Positions 36,046 to 47,807 of a DNA stretch of 64,000 nt are shown piece after piece; within the stretch, counting starts at the first letter, position 1, and each line of letters begins with the position of its first letter. The DNA is taken from NCBI RefSeq assembly GCF_044324875.1, contig NZ_CP172185.1. One strand, given 5' to 3'. Both the position numbers and the translations under genes were made by a program. Under the pieces are notes generated by a model. That model made no database searches and was not told where the DNA came from. It worked only from the letters and a program-made list of their open reading frames with translations. The DNA comes from Escherichia coli (GTDB taxonomy: Bacteria > Pseudomonadota > Gammaproteobacteria > Enterobacterales > Enterobacteriaceae).

Positions 36046-38184
36046 ATGACACCGCATGTGATGAAACGAGACGGCTGCAAAGTGCCGTTTAAATCAGAGC
36101 GCATCAAAGAAGCGATTCTGCGTGCAGCTAAAGCAGCGGAAGTCGATGATGCCGATTATTGCGCCACTGTTGCTGCGGTTGTCAGCGAGCAGATGCAGGG
36201 CCGCAACCAGGTGGATATCAATGAGATCCAGACCGCAGTTGAAAACCAGCTGATGTCGGGTCCATACAAACAACTGGCTCGTGCTTACATCGAGTACCGT
36301 CACGATCGCGACATTGAACGTGAAAAACGCGGTCGCCTGAACCAGGAGATCCGTGGTCTGGTCGAGCAGACCAACTCCTCGTTACTCAACGAAAACGCCA
36401 ACAAAGACAGCAAGGTGATTCCAACCCAGCGCGACCTGCTGGCCGGGATCGTGGCTAAACACTATGCACGCCAGCACCTGCTGCCGCGTGACGTGGTGCA
36501 GGCACATGAGCGTGGCGATATTCACTATCACGATCTCGATTACTCGCCGTTCTTCCCGATGTTCAACTGCATGTTGATCGACCTGAAAGGCATGCTGACC
36601 CAGGGCTTCAAGATGGGGAATGCCGAGATTGAACCGCCGAAGTCGATCTCTACGGCAACCGCTGTAACTGCGCAGATTATTGCTCAGGTCGCCAGCCATA
36701 TTTATGGCGGCACCACCATTAACCGTATCGATGAAGTGCTGGCACCGTTTGTCACCGCCAGCTACAACAAACATCGCAAGACCGCAGAAGAGTGGAACAT
36801 CCCGGACGCCGAAGGCTACGCTAACTCTCGAACCATCAAAGAGTGCTACGATGCCTTCCAGTCGCTGGAGTACGAAGTAAACACCCTGCACACCGCCAAC
36901 GGTCAAACACCGTTTGTGACCTTTGGTTTTGGTCTGGGCACCAGCTGGGAGTCGCGCCTGATTCAGGAATCTATCCTGCGTAATCGTATCGCAGGCCTCG
37001 GTAAAAACCGTAAAACTGCGGTGTTCCCGAAACTGGTGTTTGCGATTCGCGATGGCCTGAACCATAAAAAAGGCGATCCGAACTACGACATCAAACAGCT
37101 GGCGCTGGAGTGCGCAAGCAAGCGCATGTATCCGGATATCCTGAACTACGATCAGGTAGTGAAAGTCACCGGTTCGTTTAAAACCCCGATGGGCTGCCGC
37201 AGCTTCCTCGGCGTGTGGGAAAATGAAAACGGCGAGCAGATCCACGATGGTCGTAACAACCTCGGCGTGATCAGCCTGAACCTGCCGCGTATTGCTCTGG
37301 AAGCAAAAGGCGATGAAGCCACTTTCTGGAAGCTGCTGGATGAACGTCTGGTGCTGGCACGTAAGGCGCTGATGACCCGTATCGCCCGTCTGGAAGGCGT
37401 GAAGGCACGCGTAGCTCCTATCCTCTATATGGAAGGTGCTTGTGGCGTGCGTCTGAATGCTGACGATGATGTTTCTGAAATCTTCAAAAATGGTCGTGCG
37501 TCTATTTCGCTGGGCTACATCGGCATCCACGAAACCATTAACGCGTTGTTCGGCGGCGAGCATGTTTACGACAACGAGCAGCTTCGCGCGAAAGGTATCG
37601 CGATTGTTGAACGTCTGCGTCAGGCGGTGGATCAGTGGAAAGAAGAAACGGGTTACGGTTTCAGTCTCTACAGCACGCCGAGTGAAAACCTGTGCGACCG
37701 CTTCTGCCGTCTCGATACCGCTGAGTTTGGCGTGGTGCCGGGCGTGACCGATAAAGGTTACTACACCAACAGTTTCCACCTCGATGTGGAGAAGAAGGTG
37801 AATCCGTACGACAAGATCGACTTTGAAGCACCTTACCCGCCACTGGCGAACGGTGGCTTCATTTGCTACGGCGAGTATCCAAACATTCAGCACAACCTGA
37901 AGGCGCTGGAAGATGTCTGGGATTACAGCTATCAGCATGTACCGTATTACGGCACCAATACGCCGATCGATGAGTGCTACGAGTGTGGCTTTACCGGCGA
38001 GTTCGAGTGCACCAGCAAAGGCTTCACTTGTCCGAAATGTGGTAACCATGACGCCTCTCGTGTGTCGGTGACTCGCCGCGTGTGCGGATATTTAGGTAGC
38101 CCGGATGCACGTCCGTTTAACGCTGGTAAGCAGGAAGAAGTTAAGCGCCGCGTTAAACATTTGGGAAATGGGCAGATAGGGTAA
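36046..38184 (+). CDS. nrdD: Anaerobic ribonucleoside-triphosphate reductase (glycyl radical enzyme)
   Basis: 712-aa ORF; N-terminal ATP-cone, C-terminal Zn-ribbon (CYECGF..CPKCG) and glycyl radical region (RVCGYLG). Confidence 0.97.
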   Translation: MTPHVMKRDGCKVPFKSERIKEAILRAAKAAEVDDADYCATVAAVVSEQMQGRNQVDINEIQTAVENQLMSGPYKQLARAYIEYRHDRDIEREKRGRLNQEIRGLVEQTNSSLLNENANKDSKVIPTQRDLLAGIVAKHYARQHLLPRDVVQAHERGDIHYHDLDYSPFFPMFNCMLIDLKGMLTQGFKMGNAEIEPPKSISTATAVTAQIIAQVASHIYGGTTINRIDEVLAPFVTASYNKHRKTAEEWNIPDAEGYANSRTIKECYDAFQSLEYEVNTLHTANGQTPFVTFGFGLGTSWESRLIQESILRNRIAGLGKNRKTAVFPKLVFAIRDGLNHKKGDPNYDIKQLALECASKRMYPDILNYDQVVKVTGSFKTPMGCRSFLGVWENENGEQIHDGRNNLGVISLNLPRIALEAKGDEATFWKLLDERLVLARKALMTRIARLEGVKARVAPILYMEGACGVRLNADDDVSEIFKNGRASISLGYIGIHETINALFGGEHVYDNEQLRAKGIAIVERLRQAVDQWKEETGYGFSLYSTPSENLCDRFCRLDTAEFGVVPGVTDKGYYTNSFHLDVEKKVNPYDKIDFEAPYPPLANGGFICYGEYPNIQHNLKALEDVWDYSYQHVPYYGTNTPIDECYECGFTGEFECTSKGFTCPKCGNHDASRVSVTRRVCGYLGSPDARPFNAGKQEEVKRRVKHLGNGQIG

Positions 38185-38199
38185 TCTTCACTCTGCGTT

Positions 38200-38330
<131 letters not shown>

Positions 38331-38341
38331 CAGGCGAAATA

Positions 38342-38806
38342 ATGAATTATCATCAGTACTATCCTGTCGACATCGTCAACGGCCCCGGCACTCGCTGTAC
38401 CCTGTTTGTCTCCGGGTGTGTTCATGAATGCCCCGGTTGCTATAACAAAAGCACCTGGCGGGTAAATTCCGGTCAGCCATTTACCAAAGCAATGGAAGAC
38501 CAGATCATTAACGATCTAAATGACACTCGCATCAAACGCCAGGGTATTTCCCTCTCCGGCGGCGATCCGCTGCATCCGCAAAACGTGCCGGATATTCTGA
38601 AACTGGTACAACGCATCCGCGCCGAATGTCCGGGTAAAGACATCTGGGTGTGGACAGGCTATAAACTCGACGAACTCAACGCTGCGCAAATGCAGGTTGT
38701 TGATTTGATTAACGTACTGGTCGACGGCAAATTTGTGCAGGATTTAAAAGACCCTTCCCTGATCTGGCGCGGCAGCAGCAATCAGGTGGTGCATCATTTG
38801 CGATGA
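38342..38806 (+). CDS. nrdG: Anaerobic ribonucleotide reductase activating protein (radical SAM)
   Basis: 154-aa ORF; Cys cluster CVHECPGCYN. Confidence 0.95.
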   Translation: MNYHQYYPVDIVNGPGTRCTLFVSGCVHECPGCYNKSTWRVNSGQPFTKAMEDQIINDLNDTRIKRQGISLSGGDPLHPQNVPDILKLVQRIRAECPGKDIWVWTGYKLDELNAAQMQVVDLINVLVDGKFVQDLKDPSLIWRGSSNQVVHHLR

Positions 38807-38850
38807 TAAGTTCCCTGTTACCTGAGTGCAGGCAACAGGGAAATAAGGAA

Positions 38851-39240
<390 letters not shown>

Positions 39241-39420
39241 TCACTTCCTTTTTTATTTACACTTCATCCTTCACACTGCCTCATCGACGGCTACGCTCAT
39301 TCGCCCGAGTCACGTACTACGAGTACGCTCCCCGGCTCTTATTCGCTTTCCGTCTCGATGCAGTGCGAATGATTTTGTGTAATTTTTTAGTTTATAGCGC
39401 GGCAGGTCGCGCCAGTTTTT

Positions 39421-40773
39421 TTACTGCCCGGCGATTTTCATCTCCGGCAACAGCACAGAACCACACTGTATATTACTGCGTGTTTCAATATCGTTACCGA
39501 CGGTGACAATATTGCGCCACATATCTTTTAAATTACCTGCGATGGTGATTTCACTCACCGGATACTGAATTTCGCCATTCTCTACCCAGAAGCCCGCTGC
39601 ACCACGGGAATAATCACCGGTAATGGCACTTACGCCCTGGCCCATCAGCTCCGTCACCACCAGCCCGGTGCCCATCTCTTTGAGCATTTGTTCGAAGCTT
39701 AGCCCTTGTCCGGCAATCCGCCAGTTGTGAATACCGCCCGCATGTCCGGTGCTTTTCAGCCCCAGTTTCCGCGCCGAATAGCTGGTCAGCAGCCACTGAG
39801 TCAGGATGCCATCTTTGACGATATCGCGGCGCTCGGTGCGCACACCTTCGCTGTCGAATGGCGTCGACGCCAGCCCTTTCAGCAGATGCGGATGCTCTTC
39901 AATGGTCAGCCAGTCCGGCAGAATTTGTTTACCCAGCGAATCCAGCAGGAAGGTAGATTTACGGTAAACCGATCCACCCGCTATCGCCCCCACCAGATGC
40001 CCAAAAAGCCCGGTTGCCACTTCATTGGCAAAAATGACCGGCGCTTTCATGGTGGAGAGTTTACGCGGTGACAGGCGCGATAAAGTACGGCGAGCACAGT
40101 CGGCCCCAACCCACTCTGGCGTTTGCAGATCGCTCATCGCACGACCAATGGTGTAGGCGTAATCACGCTCCATATCGCCATTTTCTTCAGCAATTACACA
40201 GCTGGAGAGCGAATGACGCGTTGAGCAGTAACCCTGCAACATGCCGTGGCTGTTGCCAAAAACTTTGACACCGTAGTGGCTGTTAAAGCTGCCACCTTCG
40301 GTATTGGTGATGCGTTTGTCCGCCTGCAATGCTGCCTGTTCTGCGCGGGCCGCCAGTTCAATGGCTTCATCCGGGGAAACTTCCGCAGGGTGGAACAAGT
40401 CGAGATCCGGTGCGTCAAAGGCCAGCAGCTCTTTGTCTGCCACGCCGGCACAGGGATCTGGCGAGGTATAACGGGCAATATCTAGCGCCGCCTGTACGGT
40501 GCGAGCAATGGCCTGCGGGCTTAAATCGGTAGACGATGCGCTACCTTTGCGGTTCTGGTGATAAACAGTGATCCCCAGCGCGCCATCGCTATTGAATTCA
40601 ACATTCTCCACTTCACCATAACGCGTGCTTACGCTAATGCCGGTGGTCTTGCTGACGGCAACTTCCGCACCGTCCGATTTGCCTGAGGCCAACTCCAGCG
40701 CAGTGGAAACTGCTTCTTCCAGAATCTTGCGCTGCGCTTCAACTTGAGAGATTACTTTCATTGCAAGTGCCAT
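39421..40773 (-). CDS. pmbA: Metalloprotease PmbA/TldE
   Basis: 450-aa [25 protein letters not shown].. Confidence 0.95.
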   Translation of the reverse strand: MALAMKVISQVEAQRKILEEAVSTALELASGKSDGAEVAVSKTTGISVSTRYGEVENVEFNSDGALGITVYHQNRKGSASSTDLSPQAIARTVQAALDIARYTSPDPCAGVADKELLAFDAPDLDLFHPAEVSPDEAIELAARAEQAALQADKRITNTEGGSFNSHYGVKVFGNSHGMLQGYCSTRHSLSSCVIAEENGDMERDYAYTIGRAMSDLQTPEWVGADCARRTLSRLSPRKLSTMKAPVIFANEVATGLFGHLVGAIAGGSVYRKSTFLLDSLGKQILPDWLTIEEHPHLLKGLASTPFDSEGVRTERRDIVKDGILTQWLLTSYSARKLGLKSTGHAGGIHNWRIAGQGLSFEQMLKEMGTGLVVTELMGQGVSAITGDYSRGAAGFWVENGEIQYPVSEITIAGNLKDMWRNIVTVGNDIETRSNIQCGSVLLPEMKIAGQ

Positions 40774-40866
40774 AATGTAGAGAGTTTCTCTGAAGTCTAA
40801 CAGAGAACCGTTTTTCAGTGCGCATCTTAACTGGTAACATTAGCCTCTTTTTTTAAGGAGCCTGAG

Positions 40867-41418
40867 ATGACTAAGCAGCCCGAAGACTGGCTCGACGACG
40901 TTCCCGGTGATGACATCGAAGACGAAGACGATGAAATTATCTGGGTCAGTAAAAGTGAAATTAAACGCGATGCCGAGGAGCTAAAACGCCTGGGCGCGGA
41001 AATTGTTGATCTGGGGAAAAACGCGCTGGATAAGATCCCGTTAGATGCGGATCTGCGTGCGGCTATTGAGCTCGCCCAGCGTATTAAGATGGAAGGTCGC
41101 CGCCGCCAGTTGCAGCTCATCGGTAAGATGCTGCGCCAGCGCGACGTAGAACCGATCCGTCAGGCGCTGGATAAGCTGAAAAACCGCCACAACCAGCAGG
41201 TGGTGCTGTTCCATAAACTGGAAAACCTGCGCGATCGTCTGATCGACCAGGGTGATGATGCCATCGCTGAAGTATTAAATCTGTGGCCCGATGCCGATCG
41301 TCAGCAACTGCGTACTCTGATCCGCAACGCGAAGAAAGAGAAAGAAGGGAATAAGCCGCCGAAATCCGCACGCCAGATTTTCCAGTATCTGCGCGAGTTA
41401 GCAGAGAACGAAGGGTAA
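40867..41418 (+). CDS. yjgA: Ribosome-associated protein YjgA (DarP)
   Basis: 183-aa charged ORF, divergent from pmbA. Confidence 0.9.
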
Positions 41419-41444
41419 TTTTCGTTGTTGATGTGAGTATGGTT

Positions 41445-41560
41445 TGCCGGATACGGTGCACCTGTAGGCCTGATAAGACGCATCAAGCGTCGCATCAGGC
41501 ACTATGCTCAAATGCCGGATGCGGCGTAAACGCCTTATCCGGCATACACACATGCAAGGC
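41445..41560. repeat. REP elements between yjgA and mpl
   Basis: GTAGGCCTGATAAGACGCATCAAGCGTCGCATCAGGC and GCCGGATGCGGCGTAAACGCCTTATCCGGC units. Confidence 0.88.
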
Positions 41561-41567
41561 TTCAGAA

Positions 41568-42941
41568 TTACTGCGCGGCTTCCGCTTTCTTCGCCAGACC
41601 ATCCAGCAGTTTCTGATGGATCCCACCAAAACCGCCGTTGCTCATCACCAGAATATGGTCGCCAGGCTGAGCGGTTTTCACCACCATATCTGCCAGCGTA
41701 TCCACATCGCCGCTCCAGTGTGCAGGCTGAACGCAGGCTTCTGCCACTTCTGCCACCTGCCACGGAATATGCGCCGGTTGCAGCAGGAAGACTTCATCGG
41801 CACGACCTAATGAAGGTGCCAGATCGTCTTTGCAGATCCCCATTTTCATGGTATTCGAGCGCGGTTCCAGCACAGCAATAATGCGCGCCGTACCACCAAC
41901 TTTGCCACGCAGCGCCGCCAGCGTTGCCAGAATCGCCGTCGGGTGATGGGCGAAATCGTCATATACCGTCACACCATTCGCTTCACCACGCAACTCCAGA
42001 CGGCGACGAGCATTAATAAACGAACCCAGCGCGTTAGCGGCATCTGCCGGCGCTACACCAACATGGCGAGCCGCCGCAATCGCCATCAGGCCATTGTGCA
42101 TATTATGTTCGCCTACCAGCGACCATTTCACTTCGCCCACTTTTTCGCCATCCAGCAAGACTTCCCATTCGGAAGCATCGGTGGTCTGCTTTTTCGCCTG
42201 CCAGTGACCCTGCTCGCCCACCAGCTCCTGCTCGCTCCAGCAGCCCATCGCCATGGTCTGTTTCAGGTTGATGTCGTTTTCCGGCCAGATAATACGGCCC
42301 TGCCCCGGAACGATACGCACCAGATGGTGGAACTGTTTCTGGATCGCTTTCAGGTCGTCAAAGATATCGGCGTGATCGAACTCAAGGTTGTTGAGGATCA
42401 GCGTACGCGGGCAGTAATGGACAAATTTAGAGCGTTTGTCGAAGAAGGCGCAGTCGTACTCATCCGCTTCGATAACAAAGAAGTCGCTTTCGCCCAGACG
42501 CGCCGAGACCTCAAAGTTCCCCGGCACACCGCCGATCACAAATCCGGGTTTGTAACCGCACTGTTCCAGAATCCAGGTCGCCATTCCCGCCGTGGTGGTT
42601 TTGCCGTGTGTACCAGCAACGGCCAGCACCCAGCGGTCGCGCAGCACAAAATCGTGCAGCCACTGCGGACCTGACATATAAGGGATGTTTTTTTCCAGTA
42701 CCGCTTCCACACACGGATTTCCACGGGTCATGGCGTTGCCAATAATCACCAGATCCGGCTGCGGGTCGAGCTGGCTGGCATCGTAACCCTGAATCAGTTC
42801 AATGCCTTGCTTCTCAAGTAAGGTGCTCATCGGCGGATACACATTGGCGTCCGAACCCGTTACTTCATGGCCTAACTGGCGCGCCAGCATCGCCAGACCG
42901 CCCATAAACGTGCCACAAATTCCTAAAATATGAATGCGCAT
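41568..42941 (-). CDS. mpl: UDP-N-acetylmuramate:L-alanyl-gamma-D-glutamyl-meso-DAP ligase (murein peptide ligase)
   Basis: 457-aa Mur-ligase family [20 protein letters not shown].. Confidence 0.95.
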
Positions 42942-43116
42942 ACGTCACTATCCTTTTTTAATCTGGCGCTCATTTTACGCATATGTCGGGCAAGTGAGAA
43001 ACGCATTTCAGGATAATCCGCAATTTGCTGGCGCGATTCACCTGAGCGAAGCATTGAGATTATTTGTTAAGATTGTTGCGGTCGCTTTACTCCATAAACA
43101 TTGCAGGGAAAGTTTT

Positions 43117-44115
43117 ATGAAAACGTTAGGTGAATTTATTGTCGAAAAGCAGCACGAGTTTTCTCATGCTACCGGTGAGCTCACTGCTTTGCTGTCGGCA
43201 ATAAAACTGGGCGCCAAGATTATCCATCGCGATATCAACAAAGCAGGACTGGTTGATATCCTGGGTGCCAGCGGTGCTGAGAACGTGCAGGGCGAGGTTC
43301 AGCAGAAACTCGACTTGTTCGCTAATGAAAAACTGAAAGCCGCACTGAAAGCACGCGATATCGTTGCGGGCATTGCCTCTGAAGAAGAAGATGAGATTGT
43401 CGTCTTTGAAGGCTGTGAACACGCAAAATACGTGGTGCTGATGGACCCCCTGGATGGCTCGTCCAACATCGATGTTAACGTCTCTGTCGGTACCATTTTC
43501 TCCATCTACCGCCGCGTTACGCCTGTTGGCACGCCGGTAACGGAAGAAGATTTCCTCCAGCCTGGTAACAAACAGGTTGCGGCAGGTTACGTGGTATACG
43601 GCTCCTCTACCATGCTGGTTTACACCACCGGATGCGGTGTTCACGCCTTTACTTACGATCCTTCGCTCGGCGTTTTCTGCCTGTGCCAGGAGCGGATGCG
43701 CTTCCCGGAGAAAGGTAAAACCTACTCCATCAACGAAGGAAACTACATTAAGTTTCCGAACGGGGTGAAGAAGTACATTAAATTCTGCCAGGAAGAAGAT
43801 AAATCCACCAATCGCCCGTATACCTCGCGTTATATCGGTTCACTGGTTGCGGATTTCCACCGTAACCTGCTGAAAGGCGGTATTTATCTCTACCCAAGCA
43901 CCGCCAGCCACCCGGACGGCAAACTGCGTTTGCTGTATGAGTGCAACCCGATGGCATTCCTGGCGGAACAAGCGGGCGGTAAAGCGAGCGATGGCAAAGA
44001 GCGTATTCTGGATATCATCCCGGAAACCCTGCACCAGCGCCGTTCATTCTTTGTCGGCAACGACCATATGGTTGAAGATGTCGAACGCTTTATCCGTGAG
44101 TTCCCGGACGCGTAA
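43117..44115 (+). CDS. fbp: Fructose-1,6-bisphosphatase class I
   Basis: 332 aa from [15 protein letters not shown]..; ORF-track N-terminal extension rejected. Confidence 0.95.
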
Positions 44116-44147
44116 TCTCCTGCGCCTCTCCACACGGAGAGGCGTTT

Positions 44148-45143
44148 TTATCGCTGCGCAATATTGACTCTTGTCACAGGCGAACTCTGACGATTCTCCC
44201 ACAGCACCGTTAATCCACGCTGTAATGCTATAAAAATAAACAACAAAATACCGATGGCGATTTTCGTCCACCATGAGCTCAGCGTGCCATCAAAGTTTAT
44301 GTAAGTCTGAATCAGTCCCTGAATCGCCACGCCAAAAAGCGTCCCTAATACCGTTCCAACGCCACCGCTCAAAAGCGTACCACCAATCACCACCGACGCG
44401 ATGGCGTCCAGTTCCACACCTACGCCCGCCAGCGCATATCCTGCCTGGGTATAAATCGAGAAGACAATCCCCGCCAGCGTTGCCAGTCCGGTGGAGAGCA
44501 TATAAATGCGAATAGTGGTGCTGCGAGTGGAAATCCCCATCAGGTTCGCCGACGTTGCGTTGCCGCCAATGGCGTATACCTGATTACCAAAACGGGTACG
44601 ATGCGCGAGGAATATGCCGATAACCACCACCGCCAGCATCAGCAGCCCCATCGTACTTAAGCGACCGCCGCCAGGGATTTTCCATGCAAGGCTTGAGAGC
44701 GTGTCATAAACAGGATGATTTATCGGGATCGACTCTTCCGAAACGAGATAGCTGACGCCACGCAAAAAGAACATTCCCGCCAGAGTAATAATAAACGCCG
44801 GGATCTTCAGGGCGTCGATCAAAAGCCCCATAAATGCGCCGAAGGCACAGCCCATCACCAGCACTAGCGGAAACGCCAGCAACGGCGAGAGGCCGAAATC
44901 GCCAATCACTTTTGCCAGAAACACGCCGGTAAAGGCGATCACCGAACCGACGGAGAGATCGATCCCACCGGAGAGGATCACAAAGGTCATACCAACGGCG
45001 ATTATCCCAAGAAAGGCATTATCAGTCAGGATATTGCAGATCACTCTTGTGGAAGCAAAACCGGGAAACTGGGTCAGACAGTAGATATAACCCAACACAA
45101 AGACGCCGATGGTGATCATCAGTGGCAAATTACGTTTTATCAC
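44148..45143 (-). CDS. yjfF: Sugar ABC transporter permease YjfF
   Basis: 331-aa polytopic membrane ORF, last gene of the ytfQRT-yjfF operon. Confidence 0.9.
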   Translation of the reverse strand: MIKRNLPLMITIGVFVLGYIYCLTQFPGFASTRVICNILTDNAFLGIIAVGMTFVILSGGIDLSVGSVIAFTGVFLAKVIGDFGLSPLLAFPLVLVMGCAFGAFMGLLIDALKIPAFIITLAGMFFLRGVSYLVSEESIPINHPVYDTLSSLAWKIPGGGRLSTMGLLMLAVVVIGIFLAHRTRFGNQVYAIGGNATSANLMGISTRSTTIRIYMLSTGLATLAGIVFSIYTQAGYALAGVGVELDAIASVVIGGTLLSGGVGTVLGTLFGVAIQGLIQTYINFDGTLSSWWTKIAIGILLFIFIALQRGLTVLWENRQSSPVTRVNIAQR

Positions 45144-46155
45144 GGTTACGTACCCCTTTAATCAGACTGATAAAGCGTTGCGACTGGACAATCAGCACGC
45201 AAAGCACCACCACCGCTTTCACCACCTGGTTCATCTCCGGCGGAAAGCCCGAAAGCAAAATTCCGGTGTTCATCCCCTGAATAATCAGCGCCCCCACCAC
45301 CGAAAGCAGTAGGTTAAAACGTCCGCCCATCAGCGAACCACCGCCAATCACCACCGCGAGAATGGCGTCCAGCTCCAGCCATAATCCGGCGTTGTTGGCA
45401 TCGGCACCGCGAATATCCGCCGCCACGATAATGCCCGCAATCGCCGCACATAGCCCGCTCAACACGTAGGTGAGCATGACGATGATTCGCGTGTTTACCC
45501 CGGCATTTTTTGCCGCCCGAATATTGATACCAACGGCTTCGATAAACATCCCCAGTGCCGTTTTGCGGGTCAACAGCCAGAACAGGAGAAGCGTCAGCAC
45601 CGCAATAATGACTGGCGTTGGCAGGAACAACAGCGATCCACTGCCGAACCAGGAGAGATCCGGTGAGTTAAATGTGACGATCTGTCCGGAGGTGATCAGT
45701 TGCGCCACGCCGCGCCCGGCGACCATCAGGATCAGGGTGGCGACAAACGGCTGAATTTTGAGGATCGCTACCAGTATGCCGTTCCACAATCCTGCCAGGA
45801 TGCCAGTGCCCAGGGCGCTTAACAAAACAATTGGCAGGCTGAATCCCGCGACCGTCATCGCAGCCGTTGTGGCTCCGGCGATAGCCATCACCGCCCCTAC
45901 GGAGAGATCAATCCCACCAGTGGCGATAACCAGCGTCATGCCAATCGCCAGTAGCGCAACGGGGGCCGCACGGTTAAGAATGTCGATAGGGCTACCGAAC
46001 AAACGCCCATCCTGAAGCACCACCTGCCAGAAATGCGGGGCCACCAGGCTATCGACCAGCAGCACCAGCAACAGTGCCGCCAGCTGCGGCATTCCTGTTG
46101 GCCAGCGAAAACGCCTTTTCGGCGGCGTAGTGTCCGGGAGAGATTGAGGCATCAC
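45130..46155 (-). CDS. ytfT: Sugar ABC transporter permease YtfT
   Basis: About 341-aa polytopic permease; start uncertain (GTG at 46155 or ATG at 46152 or 46176). Confidence 0.85.
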   Translation of the reverse strand: MMPQSLPDTTPPKRRFRWPTGMPQLAALLLVLLVDSLVAPHFWQVVLQDGRLFGSPIDILNRAAPVALLAIGMTLVIATGGIDLSVGAVMAIAGATTAAMTVAGFSLPIVLLSALGTGILAGLWNGILVAILKIQPFVATLILMVAGRGVAQLITSGQIVTFNSPDLSWFGSGSLLFLPTPVIIAVLTLLLFWLLTRKTALGMFIEAVGINIRAAKNAGVNTRIIVMLTYVLSGLCAAIAGIIVAADIRGADANNAGLWLELDAILAVVIGGGSLMGGRFNLLLSVVGALIIQGMNTGILLSGFPPEMNQVVKAVVVLCVLIVQSQRFISLIKGVRNRDKT

Positions 46156-46165
46156 ACTGTTCTCC

Positions 46166-47668
46166 TTACACCGCAATGGCGTTCATGATCGCCGGAACGG
46201 AAAGCTCTGCCAGCGGGATCTCCGCCACCTGTTTGCGATCGCGCATGATAATCACCCGGTCGGCATAGCCCACCAGCTCTTCCAGCTCGGAGGAGATCAC
46301 CAGCAGCGCCAGCCCATCGGCGCACAGCGTTTCAATCAGGCGGATGATCTCGGCGTGGGCACCAACATCAATTCCGCGCGTTGGCTCGTCGAGGATCAGA
46401 AATTGCGGTCGGGTCAGTAGCCAACGTGAAAGCAACACTTTTTGCTGATTGCCGCCGGAGAGAAATTCAATCGGTTGTTCGGTGGAAGGTGTGCGAATGC
46501 CAAGCTGGCGGATAAAGCGTTCGGCAATCTCTTGCTGCTCTTTGCGGGAAATTGGTCGCAGCCAGCCGCGCTGGGCCTGGAGAGCGAGGATGATATTTTC
46601 CCGCACCGAGGCGGCGGCGATAATGCCATCGGTTTTCCTGTCTTCCGGGCAGAAGCCAATGCCCAGTACCGAAGCCTGATGTGGCGATCGCAGGGTTTGC
46701 GGTTTGCCTTTGATCAACGCCGTGCCGCTATCTGCGGGTTTGATACCGAAGATCACTTCGGCGGTTTCGGTACGTCCGGATCCCAGCAGACCTGCCAGAC
46801 CGACGATTTCGCCGGGGCGCACTTCGAGATCAAACGGTGCGATCGTTCCTTTTTTGCCGTAATTTTTGAACGCGGCAACGGGTTTGTCGCTCAGCAATGT
46901 TCGTCCGGCACGCTGTAGCGCGTGGGTGTCCAGCTCGCGCCCCAGCATCATTTTTACCAGTTCGATCTGCGGTAGCTCGCGGGTTTCCCGACAGCCTACG
47001 AAACTGCCGTTGCGTAAGACGGTGATCCGATCGCTGACCTGATAGACCTGATCGAGAAAGTGAGTAACGAAGATCAGGCTGACGCCGCGATCGCGCAACT
47101 GACGCATCAGGCCAAACAGCAACTCTACTTCCTGAGTGTCGAGGCTGGCGGTGGGTTCATCGAGGATCAGCACTTTGGCGGAGAGATCGATGGCCCGGCA
47201 AATGGCGACGATTTGCTGCATCGCCACTGAAAAGCGGTTGAGCGGTTCCCGCACGTCGAGGGAGAAACCGTAAGATGCCATCAGTTCGGTGGCGCGCTTT
47301 TCCATCTCTTTACGGCGTAGAAGGCCGAAACGTTTGGGTTCGCGACCTATGAATAGATTATCAGCGACCGACATATTGGGTAGCAGGTTGACTTCCTGAT
47401 AGACGGTGCCGATGCCGAGTTGTTGTGCATGGGCGGTATTTTTCGGTGAGATAGTCTGGCCTTCCAGCCAGATGGTGCCACGATCGGCGTGGTAGACACC
47501 GGTTAATGCTTTGATTAGCGTTGATTTTCCCGCCCCGTTTTCACCGAGCAGCGCCATGATTTCACCACGGCGCAGGCTGAAATCAACGTTGTCTAACGCT
47601 TTGACGCCGGGGAAAAATTTACTTAATCCTTCGGTGCGGAGGATTTCCTGGTGTTGGTCGGTCGTCAT
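46166..47668 (-). CDS. ytfR: Sugar ABC transporter ATP-binding protein YtfR (duplicated ABC domains)
   Basis: 500-aa ORF with two Walker A motifs (GENGAGKST ..) and two ABC signature motifs. Confidence 0.93.
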   Translation of the reverse strand: MTTDQHQEILRTEGLSKFFPGVKALDNVDFSLRRGEIMALLGENGAGKSTLIKALTGVYHADRGTIWLEGQTISPKNTAHAQQLGIGTVYQEVNLLPNMSVADNLFIGREPKRFGLLRRKEMEKRATELMASYGFSLDVREPLNRFSVAMQQIVAICRAIDLSAKVLILDEPTASLDTQEVELLFGLMRQLRDRGVSLIFVTHFLDQVYQVSDRITVLRNGSFVGCRETRELPQIELVKMMLGRELDTHALQRAGRTLLSDKPVAAFKNYGKKGTIAPFDLEVRPGEIVGLAGLLGSGRTETAEVIFGIKPADSGTALIKGKPQTLRSPHQASVLGIGFCPEDRKTDGIIAAASVRENIILALQAQRGWLRPISRKEQQEIAERFIRQLGIRTPSTEQPIEFLSGGNQQKVLLSRWLLTRPQFLILDEPTRGIDVGAHAEIIRLIETLCADGLALLVISSELEELVGYADRVIIMRDRKQVAEIPLAELSVPAIMNAIAV

Positions 47669-47699
47669 GGTTTCTCCCGGTGTAAAGCGTGCTCCCAGT

Positions 47700-47795
47700 A
47701 GGCATGATAAGACGCGGTAAGCGTCGCATCAGGCTTCAGTGCACCATCGCCGGATGCGGCGCGAGCGCCTTATCCGGCCTACGAATCGGCATCAG
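47700..47795. repeat. REP elements between ytfR and ytfQ
   Basis: GGCATGATAAGACGCGGTAAGCGTCGCATCAGGC and GCCGGATGCGGCGCGAGCGCCTTATCCGGCCTAC units. Confidence 0.88.
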
Positions 47796-47807
47796 GCATA
47801 GCAACCC

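Noticed and set aside
36382-38049. 555-aa ORF on the minus strand inside nrdD
   Set aside because: Antisense to nrdD; long open frames on the opposite strand of GC-rich genes are common artefacts.
42934-43116. 61-codon N-terminal extension of fbp
   Set aside because: Fbp homologs begin at MKTLGEFIV; the extension overlaps the mpl start region on the other strand.
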